Notes under the pieces: generated by a model
Told to the model about the DNA's origin: nothing
The model's database searches: none
What the model saw: only the letters and a program-made list of their open reading frames with translations
Assembly (NCBI RefSeq): GCF_001194135.2
Contig: NC_068999.1
Span: 4,350,594 to 4,414,593 of the forward strand
Direction: 5' to 3'
Length of the DNA: 64,000 nt
DNA from: Octopus bimaculoides
Lineage: Eukaryota
Shown here: positions 13,148-25,640 of the stretch, in pieces
Layout: the number at the start of each line of letters is the position of its first letter
Numbering within the stretch: position 1 is the stretch's first letter
Program-made: the position numbers and the translations under genes

Positions 13148-13355
13148 TCTTTTATCTTTTACTTGTTTCAGTCATTAGAACGTGGCCATGCTGGGGCACC
13201 GTTTTGAAGAATTTTTAGTCAAATGAATCGACCCCAGGACCTAGTTTATTTTCGTTGTCTTTTTTTAAAGCTTGATATTCATTCTATTGGCCCCTTTTTA
13301 TGGGAACATAAATAAACCAACACTGGTTGTCAAACAGCAGTGGGGGACAAAGACA
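13148..13355 (-). mobile_element. SINE family A, 3' half
   Basis: TTTTACTTGTTTCAGTCA...GGCCATGCTGGGGCACC...TGACAACC-type family-A tail, reversed. Confidence 0.75.
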
Positions 13356-13359
13356 GAAA

Positions 13360-13772
13360 CAAAGGCATACATAGGCAAAGTGGCTGAGTTCCTCTCGTAC
13401 ATTGGGCCTGACGGAGGCAAAGTGGCTGAGTTCCTTTTGAGTGTTGGGCCTTGTGGAAACAGGCCTCACTGGGGCAATAACCAAGACCTTTGGCATTATG
13501 TTGTGCTTGAGAAGAAGACCCATCAAGCCAAGCAAAATTGTAGTCGTGGCAGATACCAGTGTCACACTAATCGGCACCCAGGTGTCACGCAAAACCACCC
13601 ATTACTTTCTCAAAATGGTTGGTGTTAGGAAGGGCATCCAGCCATAGAAAACCATGTCAAATCAGACTGGAGTCTGCTGCAGCCTTTCAGCTTACCAGAC
13701 CCAGTCAAACTGTCCAGCCCATGCCAGCATGGACAACAGATGCTAAATGATGACGATGATGATGATGACGAT
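13360..13772 (+). mobile_element. RTE-like LINE 3' region with an internal 42-bp duplication
   Basis: AGGCAAAGTGGCTGAGTTCC occurs twice, followed by the standard tail and (GAT)n. Confidence 0.7.
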
Positions 13773-14049
13773 ATGTTAAACTGTTGTATGTCCAAATTTG
13801 GCCAAACGCGCTTTTTTTCAATATTTATTTTTGCTTGCAATAACCAGTTCTTTTGGTCAAACTATCGTATCTCAAGCTGCTTCAGATACCAAGATATCAA
13901 AAACTGGCAAAGTGTAATACAATGGTTTTTGCTATGGAATGGTGAAACTATTTTTTCGTTTTCTGAAAAAGCAACGTTTTGGACTTACAACACTTTTGCA
14001 TAATAGCAACGATATACATATATATACATACACGCACACACACACACAC

Positions 14050-14210
14050 GACAGGTTTCTTTCAGTCTCCTTTTCCGAAATCCACTCACAGGGCTTTGGT
14101 TGACCCTGAAGCTATAGTAAGGAAGACACTTGCCAAAGGTGCCACGCAGTGGGACTGAGCCCAGAACCATGTGATTTGGAAGCAAGCTTCTTACCACACA
14201 GCTACTCCTG
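14050..14210 (-). mobile_element. SINE family A, 5' half
   Basis: Reversed head CTGTGTGGTAAGAAGCTTGCTTCC...GGTTCTGGGCTCAGTCCCACTGCGTGGCACC. Confidence 0.75.
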
Positions 14211-14398
14211 CTATTCTAACCCATATTCTACACCATACCGCAATGCCAGCAGTAACGAAGCACCATTTCCCAAGCCCCTCACTAAACCACAACACCAACA
14301 TCACACATCTTGAGGGTCAGCAAAGACACTTGATTTGCTAGAATTAGCAGCCAATGCTTCTCAGATCACACTTTGCATGAGAAGAGAACACATCGATA

Positions 14399-14768
14399 GG
14401 TGCAGGTGTGGCTCTGTGGTAAGAAGCTTGCTTCCTAACCACATAGTCCCAGGTTCAGTCCCACTACATGGCACCTTGGGCAAGTGTCTTCTACTACAGC
14501 TTCAGGTCGACCAAAGCTTTATGAGTGGATTCGGTAGATAGAAACTGAAAAGAAGCCTGTTGCATATGTGTGTGTCTGTCTGTCTGTCTGTCCATCCCCA
14601 CCACTTGACAACCGGTGTTGGTCTGTTTACATCCTCGTAACTTAGCAGTTCAGTGAAAGAAGTACCAGGCTTTACAAAAAAAAAAAAAAGAACTGGTATT
14701 GATCCATTGAACTAAAGATTCTTCAAAATGGTGCCCCAGCATGGCCACAATGTAAGGACTGAAAAAAG
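14399..14768 (+). mobile_element. SINE family A, near full length
   Basis: tRNA-like head (A/B box-like), CCTTGGGCAAGTGTCTT, central microsatellite and 3' half ending GTGCCCCAGCATGGCC. Confidence 0.8.
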
Positions 14769-14812
14769 CAAAGGGCAAAAGATTACATATGGTTGTGGAC
14801 AGGCTGGCCATG

Positions 14813-15240
14813 GCTGGACTCCCTTTGATCATAGATCTTGCTGAATTAGGGATGAACAAGGAAAGACACATTGGATAGTGTAGTCCTAGATACACTATGT
14901 CTGAATAAAAGACTGGATGGTCACAACTGGAACACTGAAGCTGACCTGGAGTTAAACAACAACAACAACAGGCACATTGGATAATGTAGTCCTAGATACA
15001 CTATGCTTGAAGAAATGCTGTGTTAGTCGCAGTTAAAAAAATCTTTGACCGTTAGTCAACAGGGTCGGCACTGACCTGTGGCTAAACAACAACAACAACA
15101 GCAAGGAAGGACACGTTAGATACCGTATGTCTGGATAAAAGGCAGGAGGGTCACAGCTAGAACGCCTTTGATCACAGGTCCATTGGATCAGGGTTGTACT
15201 GGGGGATAGGGAATGTAAACAACAACAACAACAACAACAT
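14813..15240 (+). mobile_element. Head-to-tail array of three family-E (AAC)n-tailed repeat ends
   Basis: CACATTGGATAATGTAGTCCTAGATACACTATG...GCTGACCTG..G.TAAACAACAAC recurs; single copies also lie near 12520-12700, 18470, 21800, 22290, 28130, 34270, 43350 and 54725. Confidence 0.6.
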
Positions 15241-16137
15241 CTGTAAAGACCTACAATAACCACTTCTCTCTCTCTCTCTCTCTCTCTTCCTTCGTCTATT
15301 TTTTAAGAAAAGCTTTTAATTAAATCCACATCCTCAGTCCTAACCTGCTCCCACCCAACACACACACACACACACACACTTGGTAAATAAACTAATTCTG
15401 AGATCAAACAACGCCAAGGGAAGGCAGAATCCTTTATTTCTTTTGTTGATTTTATTTTTTAATCGGTTCCCTTTGACTTTNNNNNNNNNNNNNNNNNNNN
15501 NNNNNNNNNNNNNNNNNNNNNNNNNNNNNNNNNNNNNNNNNNNNNNNNNNNNNNNNNNNNNNNNNNNNNNNNNNNNNNNNNNNNNNNNNNNNNNNNNNNN
15601 NNNNNNNNNNNNNNNNNNNNNNNNNNNNNNNNNNNNNNNNNNNNNNNNNNNNNNNNNNNNNNNNNNNNNNNNNNNNNNNNNNNNNNNNNNNNNNNNNNNN
15701 NNNNNNNNNNNNNNNNNNNNNNNNNNNNNNNNNNNNNNNNNNNNNNNNNNNNNNNNNNNNNNNNNNNNNNNNNNNNNNNNNNNNNNNNNNNNNNNNNNNN
15801 NNNNNNNNNNNNNNNNNNNNNNNNNNNNNNNNNNNNNNNNNNNNNNNNNNNNNNNNNNNNNNNNNNNNNNNNNNNNNNNNNNNNNNNNNNNNNNNNNNNN
15901 NNNNNNNNNNNNNNNNNNNNNNNNNNNNNNNNNNNNNNNNNNNNNNNNNNNNNNNNNNNNNNNNNNNNNNNNNNNNNNNNNNNNNNNNNNNNNNNNNNNN
16001 NNNNNNNNNNNNNNNNNNNNNNNNNNNNNNNNNNNNNNNNNNNNNNNNNNNNNNNNNNNNNNNNNNNNNNNNNNNNNNNNNNNNNNNNNNNNNNNNNNNN
16101 NNNNNNNNNNNNNNNNNNNNNNNNNNNNNNNNNNNNN

Positions 16138-16173
<36 letters not shown>

Positions 16174-16223
16174 GGGATATATTATCCTGGCAGTTACTGT
16201 GTTTCCTCTTAATTCGGTTTCAG

Positions 16224-16268
16224 ATGCCGGCTAACCACAGTGGTCCTTATGTGGTACCCAAGCTTACA
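16224..16268 (+). other. Candidate 45-nt symmetric micro-exon
   Basis: Acceptor TTTCCTCTTAATTCGGTTTCAG and donor ACA/GTAAGT. Phase 0 reads MPANHSGPYVVPKLT; one other frame is also open. No homology recognised. Confidence 0.25.
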
Positions 16269-17265
16269 GTAAGTTGCTAGGCTCTGGCAATTATTCTTGC
16301 TTGGTAAATCCGAGTGTCCTGTCCAACTTTTCTCTCGGGGCACTTACGCTCTGTCGTGAATGCACACTGACATTACACATCCAGTAATATATATTTGTGT
16401 GTCTGTATCTGTCCCCCCCACCATCACTCGACAACCGATGCTGGTGTGTTTATGTCCCCGTAACCTAGCGGTTCAGCAAAAAGAGAGCGATAGAATAAGT
16501 ACTAGGCTTACAAAGAATAAGTCCTGGGGTCGATTTGTTTGACTAAAGGTGGTGCTCCCGCATGGCCGCAGATTTTGGGACAAGGCCTGCAATTTCAGAG
16601 GCAGGGACAAATTGACCCCCATCAGCCACAGTGCCTCAACTGGTCCCTATTTCATCAGTCAAATTCAGCCGAATCTGAACTTCAGAATGTAAAAACGAAT
16701 GAAATACCGTTAACAGCTCTGCCAGCTTCCCACCCTGTATATCATCATCATCATCATCATATTTAAGTTCAGTTTTCCATTTTGGTGTGGGTCAGGTGAG
16801 ATTTTCTACGACCAGGTACCAATTCCGTTACCACTCTCTCTCTCCCTCACGCCACGCTTTCGAGCAAGGTAATAAACTAATCATTTCCCTTCATTCCTTC
16901 GGAAGAGCCAAGCCAGACGAGTGACTAAGTCCCCACAACCATACAAGACAACACCAGTAGCACCACCGCCACCACAAATGCAACAGCTGCCCATACCACC
17001 ATACCAGCCACCACCACCACCACCGTCATCGAGTAAACCCCCCACCCCCATCCCACCTCACCCTGCCATTCATTGTTAAGGTTGCTGAAACCAATCAAAA
17101 GTAGAAATTAATTGCCATCGTTAAGTCAATGATGTTTACTTAAAACCTTACTTTGATTGATCAACAGGTGAGCTTCAGAAATCAATAAACTTATACATAC
17201 ATATTCACACACACAAATACAGAGATATACATATAAGCATATATATATATATACACACACACATA

Positions 17266-17326
<61 letters not shown>

Positions 17327-18599
17327 NNNNNNNNNNNNNNNNNNNNNNNTATATATATATATATATTAAAACAGACTGGAAATTTTGGTACATTGCATGA
17401 CCATCATCATCATTTAACGCCCATTTTCCCATGCTGGCAGGAGTCAGATGGCTTGAAACCCTTGTAAAGAACACAAATAGTATTTGAAATTTACGACAAC
17501 TCTTTCAGTATAATTTCATTGACGTATTCATATGTGTACATATATTTACATATATACATATATATATATATACATGCATGATGATGATGATAAATGATGC
17601 CATGCACATATACATATATATATATATATACATGCGCACTCAAATATACATATATAGACACACTCACACACACATATATATATATACATATATGTATACA
17701 CACACACATATATACACAACCACATGCATTCTAAAAATAAATCCAGCTTTTTAGTCTCTCTCTCTCCCTCCCACCACAAATATACACCCACAGGTGCCTG
17801 TTAAGTTCTACATTTTTAAATGACTTAAAATGAAAATAAAAATAACAATGCCAAATTTGGTTATAGTTCTTGTACCTTCAACACACCCCTATACGTATAT
17901 AAATGTGTGTGTGTGTGTGTGTGTGTGTATAAGGTATGTATTTATATAAATATTATGTATGTGTGTGTGGGGGAATTATCAGAATCGGTAGAACACTGGA
18001 TGAATCACCTGTGGCATTTAGTTACATCCGTTAATGTTCCATGTTCAAATCCAACAAGAGCCGTCCATTCTTCTGTTGTTCTGGGATTCATAAAATAAAG
18101 TACCAGTGACATACTGGGGTCAATGTAACAGTTTATACATTCTTCCTTCATACCAACAGAAGAAATCATTACTGTTATGTAACAAATTTATGATTAGCGA
18201 CACTGCAACTATGATCAACCTGCCTGTATATCAAGAAACGGTTCTATTGTCACCTGTGTCTCTTTTTATCTATTTAAGATAGCATGGAGTAAGTAATGGA
18301 AATTTAGCTGTTGTTTCTAGCAATTTAAGTGGTTGGATTAGTACAGCTTGGTGGACCTTTAATTCTTGAGTTCAAATCGTGCTGGAGTTAACATAATACT
18401 TGATCCTTCTAAGGTGCATGCTTTAGTGGTTAGGGTGTACAGATCATGATTGTAAGATAGTGAGTTTGATGGGGTGGTCATAGCTGGAATGGCCTTGATA
18501 ATCAGCCTGACCTCTCAGGGTTAAACAACAACAACAACACTATCAACACCTTAGGCCTATTTGTTCTCATACAAACCAGGTACGAGCAATATTGTGTTG

Positions 18600-18735
18600 T
18601 GAAGGCGCATGGCTCAGTGGTTAGAGCATCAGGCTCACAATCATGAGGAAGTGAGTTCAATTCCTGGCCCGGGATGTGTGTTGTGTTCTTGAGCAAGACA
18701 CTTTATTTCATGTTGCTCCAGATCACTCACTTGTT
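18600..18735 (+). mobile_element. SINE family C, tRNA-like 5' part
   Basis: GAAGGCGCATGGCTCAGTGGTTAGAGC...GAGTTCAATTCC (A and B boxes) then CTTGAGCAAGACACTTTATTTC. Confidence 0.75.
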
Positions 18736-19311
18736 TGTGTGCCCCAACATCCATAAAAGAATTTGCCTTCTTAAATAAAACGAAAAAAAAAAAAGAAACT
18801 GCAATTGTATTATTAGAGTTGGTCTGGTCAGCAATTACTGGCCATCCCCACCACCACCACAACTACTGCTGCTGCTGACCAGGAGGACAGAGTGGCAGAT
18901 GTCAGTTTTGGCAGAGGTCAATGTTTCTTTAGATTGCTGAAGTGTGAATGACTGTTGTTAAGACAAAAGCCAAGTAGAGAGGTTGGTTATTATTTCGAGG
19001 GGAGGGGGAAAAGAGAAGACCAATGAAACACTTGACAAAACAAACACTACACACAACAAAAACGGATTTTATTATTACATTGATTTTCTGAACATCAGTG
19101 TATGTCTGCCTGTGTGTATGCATGACTGTCCATCCATCAGCTGACCAATCAGTTGACCAATCAGCTGACCAATCAGTGCTTTCTCTTATTTACAAACATC
19201 TTAAAGGAGAGAAGGACTCTTTATAAGAAAGCACCAGGCTTTTTGCTGATGTAAAGGTTGGCAAAAGATATATACATGCAATATATATATACACACACAC
19301 ACACACATATA

Positions 19312-19502
19312 CGGTGGCACGTAAAAAGCACCCACTACACTCTCGGAGTGGTTGGCGTTAGGAAGGGCATCCAGCCGTAGAAACTCTGCCAAATTAGATT
19401 GGAGCCTGGTGTAGCCATCTGGTTCACCAGTCCTCAGTCAAATCGTCCAACCCATGCCAGCATGGAAAGTGGACATTAAATGATGATGATGTTGATGATG
19501 AT
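19312..19502 (+). mobile_element. RTE-like LINE 3' tail
   Basis: Near-identical to 7100-7286. Confidence 0.8.
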
Positions 19503-19779
19503 ATATATATATAGGGAACAGGATGTCACTAACAATAAACATGAAATACGAAAACAAATAAGCTGAATACGTAAACAACGAGAGAAACAATTGGAAAACA
19601 GAACATAAAGAACGACCCTTCATTAGTTGTCGGCTGACTATTTACGAGTCTTCGAAAGAAGTTGCTCTCATAAATACCAAAATAAAATTTGGGATTTATG
19701 GAGCATCAAAGTTGGGAACAAAAACAAGACAGTGGAGACATACAAGGAAACCGAACGAAAACAAACAACATACATCATC

Positions 19780-19915
19780 ACCATCATCAATTTAACATCC
19801 GTTTTCCATGCTGGCATGGGTTGGACAGTTTGACATGGAGCTCTCCAGATTCCAGTTGTGGTATGGTTTCTACAGCTGGATGCCCTTCCTAATGCCAACC
19901 ACTTTACAGAGTCCC
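19780..19915 (-). mobile_element. RTE-like LINE 3' tail, inverted relative to 19312-19502
   Basis: Reversed tail motif CCATGCTGGCATGGGTTGGACAG...GGATGCCCTTCCTAATGCCAACC. Confidence 0.75.
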
Positions 19916-20316
19916 TTAACAATTTCTCCTAATCAATACTGAAAATAAGGAACCTGCAAAGGGCAGCATGGTACCCTCATCTCAATCCAAATATTTCCAT
20001 CTGTAAATGAAAGGCAAACGTAACACCCTGTTGTCATCATCATCATCATCATCAACAACAACAACAACACTTATATTTTTTTTTTACACTTCATCTTCAA
20101 AATAATTAAGCAATTAGCTCAGAGCACACAGATGTGTCACTATTACACCAAAGTACCCCCCTGCCATAATGATAATACTATATGACTAATTAAGGTTTGG
20201 CATATAGTTTAAGGACGGAGCCTGGGTGGATTTGGTAGAGGAGAGGTAAAAAAATACCTTCTAGTAATTACATCCCATTACTTTCTGAGTTCAATTCCTG
20301 TCCTGTTCTACATACC

Positions 20317-20513
20317 TGAGTAGTATTGTAGCTTGAATCACTCTTGAGTTTTCGATATGAGTAGTACCCCAACATGAGTCATACTTGAGATTTATACCAA
20401 AGTAGTACTCCAGCATAGGTCAAACTTGAGGTTTCTGAGCAGTACCCCAATATAACTCACACTTGAGCTTCTTATGTTGAGCAGAGCTTCAGCACGAGTA
20501 ACACTCGAGTTCT
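20317..20513. repeat. Degenerate minisatellite, five units of ~36-42 bp
   Basis: Unit consensus approximately TGAG(T/C)AGTAC(C/T)CCA(G/A)CAT.AGTCA.ACTTGAG.TT. Confidence 0.7.
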
Positions 20514-20796
20514 GGAGTGGTAGGATGAGATCAACTCAAATTTATCCTATTGTTAATTAACTGAAGTTTCTTTTGTGCTGCTTAATGTTTGAAGTGAAGG
20601 TCAAAGAAATACAGCTTTGGCCTCCACTCATGACCTTCACGTCTGACCTCTAAGACAAGTGTAAAGTCGAAGGAGACATTTGCAAAGTGTTGTATTACTC
20701 TTTTATTCTCTCCTGATGTCATATAGGCCGCATATCTTTTGTATCTTTTTGGAGAGGCCTTTCACATAGGGTAGACAGACTGTCTCTCTCTCTCTC

Positions 20797-21201
20797 TTTA
20801 CTCTTTTACTTGTTTCAGTCATTTGACTGTGGCCATGCTGGAGCACCGCCTTTAGTCAAGCAAATCGACCCCAGGACTTATTCTTTGGAAGCCTAGTACT
20901 TATTCTATCGGTCTCTTTTGCCGAACCGCTAAGTTACGGGGACGTAAACACACCAGCATCGGTTGTCAAGCGATGTTGGGGGGGGACAAACACAGACACA
21001 CAAACACACACACATATATATATACATATATATATATATGACGAGCTTCTTTCAGTTTCCGTCTACCAAATCCACTCACAAGGCTTTGGTCGGCCCGAGG
21101 CTATAATAGAAGACACTTGCCCAAGGTGCCACGCAGTGGGACTGAACCCGGAACCATGTGGTTGGTAAGCAAGCTACTTGCCACACACCCACTCCTATGC
21201 C
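20797..21201 (-). mobile_element. SINE family A, full-length and apparently young
   Basis: Complete head-to-tail structure with a central (CA)/(TA) microsatellite; retains many CpGs lost in other copies. Confidence 0.85.
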
Positions 21202-23511
21202 TGTAGACATTTTGTTGGTTTCATCCTCTCTTTTCTTCATAATTAAATATAGAACTGAAAATAATTGTTATATTTATAGAAAGAAGACTGTCAAGGGCCA
21301 CCAGAAGGACGCATGGGGGTCACATGCAGCCTTGGGGCCCACAGTTGAGAGCCGCTTCTTCTTCAGTAACAACATATACACTACATGTTTACAACATGTA
21401 GGTCTTTCATTCACTTCAGTGAAGAAGACATGGTTAGATAGTTGTAATTAGAGCAAGTGATTAGATGACCATGTGACCAAGAGACTGAGTAAACCAGATG
21501 AATAGATGACCAGATGACCGAGTGACCTAGTATACCAAGCTAACCAAATAACAGTTTCTACATCAGAAACAAGCAAGAAAAGATGTCTAAATAAAGGAAG
21601 GATAAAAAGAAAACAAAATAAAATTAAAAAAACACCTCCACAATCTTGTTTTACAAGATTCCAATTCTTACATCACCAGCAGTGGTGGTGGTTTTGGTGG
21701 TGGTGGTGGTGGTGGTGGTGGTGGTAAGGGTGGGTGGCAGCGGCAGCAATGGTAGTGTTATCATCACAATCATCACTGTTGCCACCTTCATCGTCAGAGG
21801 AGGACACATTAGGTAATGTAGTCCTAGATATACAATGCCCTGAAAAAAAGATGAGGCAAGTATGGCTGGAATGGCTTCACTCTTAGATAGACTCGTTTCA
21901 AAATACAATTCCTCCAGTTTATACGACTTTTTACCTGTATTAGAAAATTCCTTGTGGTTATGTATTTATGGATGTTCTGATTTCAAAGTCGACCTTCTCT
22001 TTATTTTTGGCTGTAAATTTTTTATCTGAAGAATTCAACCTGTATAGCAGGAAAAATGGTAGATAGAGCTTGGGATAAGTGGTTCAATGTTGTTACATTG
22101 GCCAAATATCTTCTGAGGGAAATTTGGAAAACAGAAAATGTAATGGAAGTTCATTATATCACCAGCTTATCTTCTCATTAATCTGGTGCAATGTTTATCT
22201 GTCTGATCCGTCAGTCACACAAAAGCTGTGACCTGCTTCATTCCCCAACACCGCCAATGGGAATAACAACAAGCACTCAACCAGCTAGAAATAGCAGCTG
22301 AATCTCCTGCAAATCAGACTCCTCTGTCCAAAGAAAAATATGCTACATTGGTCAATGAGGCCACTGGTATATGAATAAGGACAGGATGACTGTGACCATA
22401 CTGGTTTTGCTCATAGGTTTGCCTAGGGCTAAAGAATAACGAGGAGGCCAAGAGAATGTATGGAAGGAAGGCAGGAGAGGTAGAAAGGTGTAACTTGGAG
22501 GAATGCGGAAGCCTCCCCTTCCGACCTGGCCCACCCACCCTCATTACTGAATAACAACAAGTCTGCGATGATAAGAGGGAGCAATTTGGTCGAGTACAGG
22601 CTCGTTAACCCACAGATATTAGGGTCAATTGAGAGCAAGTGACATTTCAGGTTGACTGGTGTCTGGGGCAAAAATGTTAATTTGCGATGGAGGGGAGGGG
22701 CGAGGGGGGAGGGGGAGTGTGTTATGAATAGGAGAATGATGTTTAAAGGGTTTGGGTGAGGGAGAGAGTTGTGGGAGAGGGGTGTGCAGGGGTTGTAGGG
22801 TGAGGAACTGAGGGAGGGTGGGAGAAGATAGATGCCAGAAGATTGTGTGTGTGTGTGTGTGGCAGGGAGGGGGGATGTATTACTGTAAACAAGAGTTGGA
22901 GAGAGAGAGTGAGAGAGAGAGAGAGTGGTCCNNNNNNNNNNNNNNNNNNNNNNNNNNNNNNNNNNNNNNNNNNNNNNNNNNNNNNNNNNNNNNNNNNNNN
23001 NNNNNNNNNNNNNNNNNNNNNNNNNNNNNNNNNNNNNNNNNNNNNNNNNNNNNNNNNNNNNNNNNNNNNNNNNNNNNNNNNNNNNNNNNNNNNNNNNNNN
23101 NNNNNNNNNNNNNNNNNNNNNNNNNNNNNNNNNNNNNNNNNNNNNNNNNNNNNNNNNNNNNNNNNNNNNNNNNNNNNNNNNNNNNNNNNNNNNNNNNNNN
23201 NNNNNNNNNNNNNNNNNNNNNNNNNNNNNNNNNNNNNNNNNNNNNNNNNNNNNNNNNNNNNNNNNNNNNNNNNNNNNNNNNNNNNNNNNNNNNNNNNNNN
23301 NNNNNNNNNNNNNNNNNNNNNNNNNNNNNNNNNNNNNNNNNNNNNNNNNNNNNNNNNNNNNNNNNNNNNNNNNNNNNNNNNNNNNNNNNNNNNNNNNNNN
23401 NNNNNNNNNNNNNNNNNNNNNNNNNNNNNNNNNNNNNNNNNNNNNNNNNNNNNNNNNNNNNNNNNNNTCTTCTTCACCTTCATTTTTTCAGCTTCCTCTT
23501 GCAGCAGCAAC

Positions 23512-23561
<50 letters not shown>

Positions 23562-23929
23562 CCCCACCGCCACCACCACAAATACCATCATTGCTAAAAG
23601 CTTTTGCTGTGCCAATAAAGATTAGATTCCAAGGTTACTGCTGCTGCTGCTGCTGCTGCTGCCGGCTCATTAATACGAGGAGAATTCATTAAGGTTCGTT
23701 TAATGATAAATAAAATATTAGCTGATTGTCATCAAATGTTAACACCATCATCATCGTCATCATTGCTTGCATGCGGCCAACGCTGCTTCCACTGGCCGTG
23801 TCCCCGCCGTAATTTCACTGAGGCACTTTAATTACATCGGACGCAGCTATAATAATAATTAGAACAGATGCATGATGGGGGTTCAGAATGATGACGGACT
23901 TTTAGAGGAGCTCGTTTCACTGTAGGGGG

Positions 23930-24830
23930 GTGGATGGGTGGATGGGTGGNNNNNNNNNNNNNNNNNNNNNNNNNNNNNNNNNNNNNNNNNNNNNNNNNNN
24001 NNNNNNNNNNNNNNNNNNNNNNNNNNNNNNNNNNNNNNNNNNNNNNNNNNNNNNNNNNNNNNNNNNNNNNNNNNNNNNNNNNNNNNNNNNNNNNNNNNNN
24101 NNNNNNNNNNNNNNNNNNNNNNNNNNNNNNNNNNNNNNNNNNNNNNNNNNNNNNNNNNNNNNNNNNNNNNNNNNNNNNNNNNNNNNNNNNNNNNNNNNNN
24201 NNNNNNNNNNNNNNNNNNNNNNNNNNNNNNNNNNNNNNNNNNNNNNNNNNNNNNNNNNNNNNNNNNNNNNNNNNNNNNNNNNNNNNNNNNNNNNNNNNNN
24301 NNNNNNNNNNNNNNNNNNNNNNNNNNNNNNNNNNNNNNNNNNNNNNNNNNNNNNNNNNNNNNNNNNNNNNNGGACAAATAGGTGGATGGGTGGGGAGGGG
24401 TGGATAGGAACTGGATGGATGAATTTGGATGAATGAATGGGTGAGAGATTGGGTGGATTGACAAGCTGATGGGTGGATAGAAGGGTGGATGGATGGGTGG
24501 ATGGATGGGTGGGTGGATGGATAGGTGAGCGATTGGTGCATGGGAGGGTGTTGGATGAATGGGTAGGTGGGTGGGTGGATGGATGGGTAGAAATTGGATG
24601 GATAGATCTGAATGGATGCATAGGTGGATGGGTAGATGGTTGGGTGAAAGAGTGGATAGGTGCATGAGTGGGTGGGAGAGTGGGTGATTGATTGGGTGGA
24701 ATAATGGGTGGATGGATAGTAAATGGATGGGAGGGTGGGTTGAGGTACAGATGGAGTGGTGGAGTGGTGGATGCATGGGCAGAAATGTGGATGGGGCGAG
24801 GGGGATGCATGGATGGATGCGGAAGTGGTG
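23930..24830. repeat. (TGGA/TGGG)n G-rich simple-repeat tract spanning a gap
   Basis: Direct inspection; explains the His/Pro-rich pseudo-ORFs. Confidence 0.9.
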
Positions 24831-25179
24831 AAGCTGGTTAAGTGGCCAGACCGCTTCTCCAAGACTGGTCAGATGTTCAAATCTCACCAACAGCAGGCTC
24901 TATGCAATGTCCTGTACAGATGAAACAAACTCATTAACTCTCCGTAACTCAGACCACCTGGCTGTAAAAGGGGACCCAAGGGGTGAGGGGAAATGGGTTG
25001 GGAAGGAGTACAGGTGGTGGTGGGAGCAGAAACAGCTGTAAGCCAATGAAGTACATTACTTAATTTCTTATTCCTTTGCAATTTATCTAATTTCTCACTA
25101 CTGCTCTGTACTCAATTATTCTGTACTCAACTGCTCTGTACTCAACTTCTACTTTGTCCTGAAGAATATAGCAAACGTG

Positions 25180-25640
25180 TGTATTTCTGTTTGTATCTGT
25201 TCCCCACTGTTTGACAACTGGTGTTGGTTTATTTACACCCCCATAACTTAGAGGTCATGGAGGCGCATGGCTTGGTGGTTAGGGTGTTAGAGCCAAGATT
25301 ATAAGATTGTGGTTTCGATTCCTGGACTGGGTGATGTGTTGTCCTTGAGCAAGATACTTCATTTCGGGTTGGTCCAGTCCCCTCGCCACTAGAAATGAGT
25401 TTAGCCTGAAATATGGGGATGGGCTCCACCAGGCTTTCTTGCCCTTGATACGCTGCATGGCTGCAGCGCCCCAACGACTCCCATGGGGTTAAGGGACTTG
25501 TCAACTTAGAGGTTCAGCAAAAGACACCAACAGAATAAGACCAAAAATTAAGTACGAGTGTCGAATTTTATTGACTAAAAACCCTTCTGGGCAATGCCCC
25601 AGTATGGCCAGTCTAATGGCTGTAACAAGTAAAAAAACTA
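25180..25640 (+). mobile_element. SINE family A 3' half interrupted by a family-C-headed SINE (25256-25502)
   Basis: The insert is flanked by the direct repeat AACTTAGAGGT (25245-25255 and 25503-25513), and the host sequence resumes collinearly. Confidence 0.75.

Noticed and set aside
19610-19650. Possible third hammerhead (minus strand CUAAUGAAGGG)
   Set aside because: No closing stem II or GAAA follows.
20317-20513. CRISPR-like repeat/spacer appearance
   Set aside because: Eukaryotic context, degenerate repeats, 4-10 nt linkers and no cas genes.
23828-24890. Long His/Pro-rich ORFs (297-344 aa)
   Set aside because: They are translations of (TCCA/CCCA)n simple repeats bridged by N-runs.
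24828-24890. tRNA-like segment with GTTCAAATC B-box
   Set aside because: It does not fold into a full cloverleaf and is more likely a decayed SINE head.
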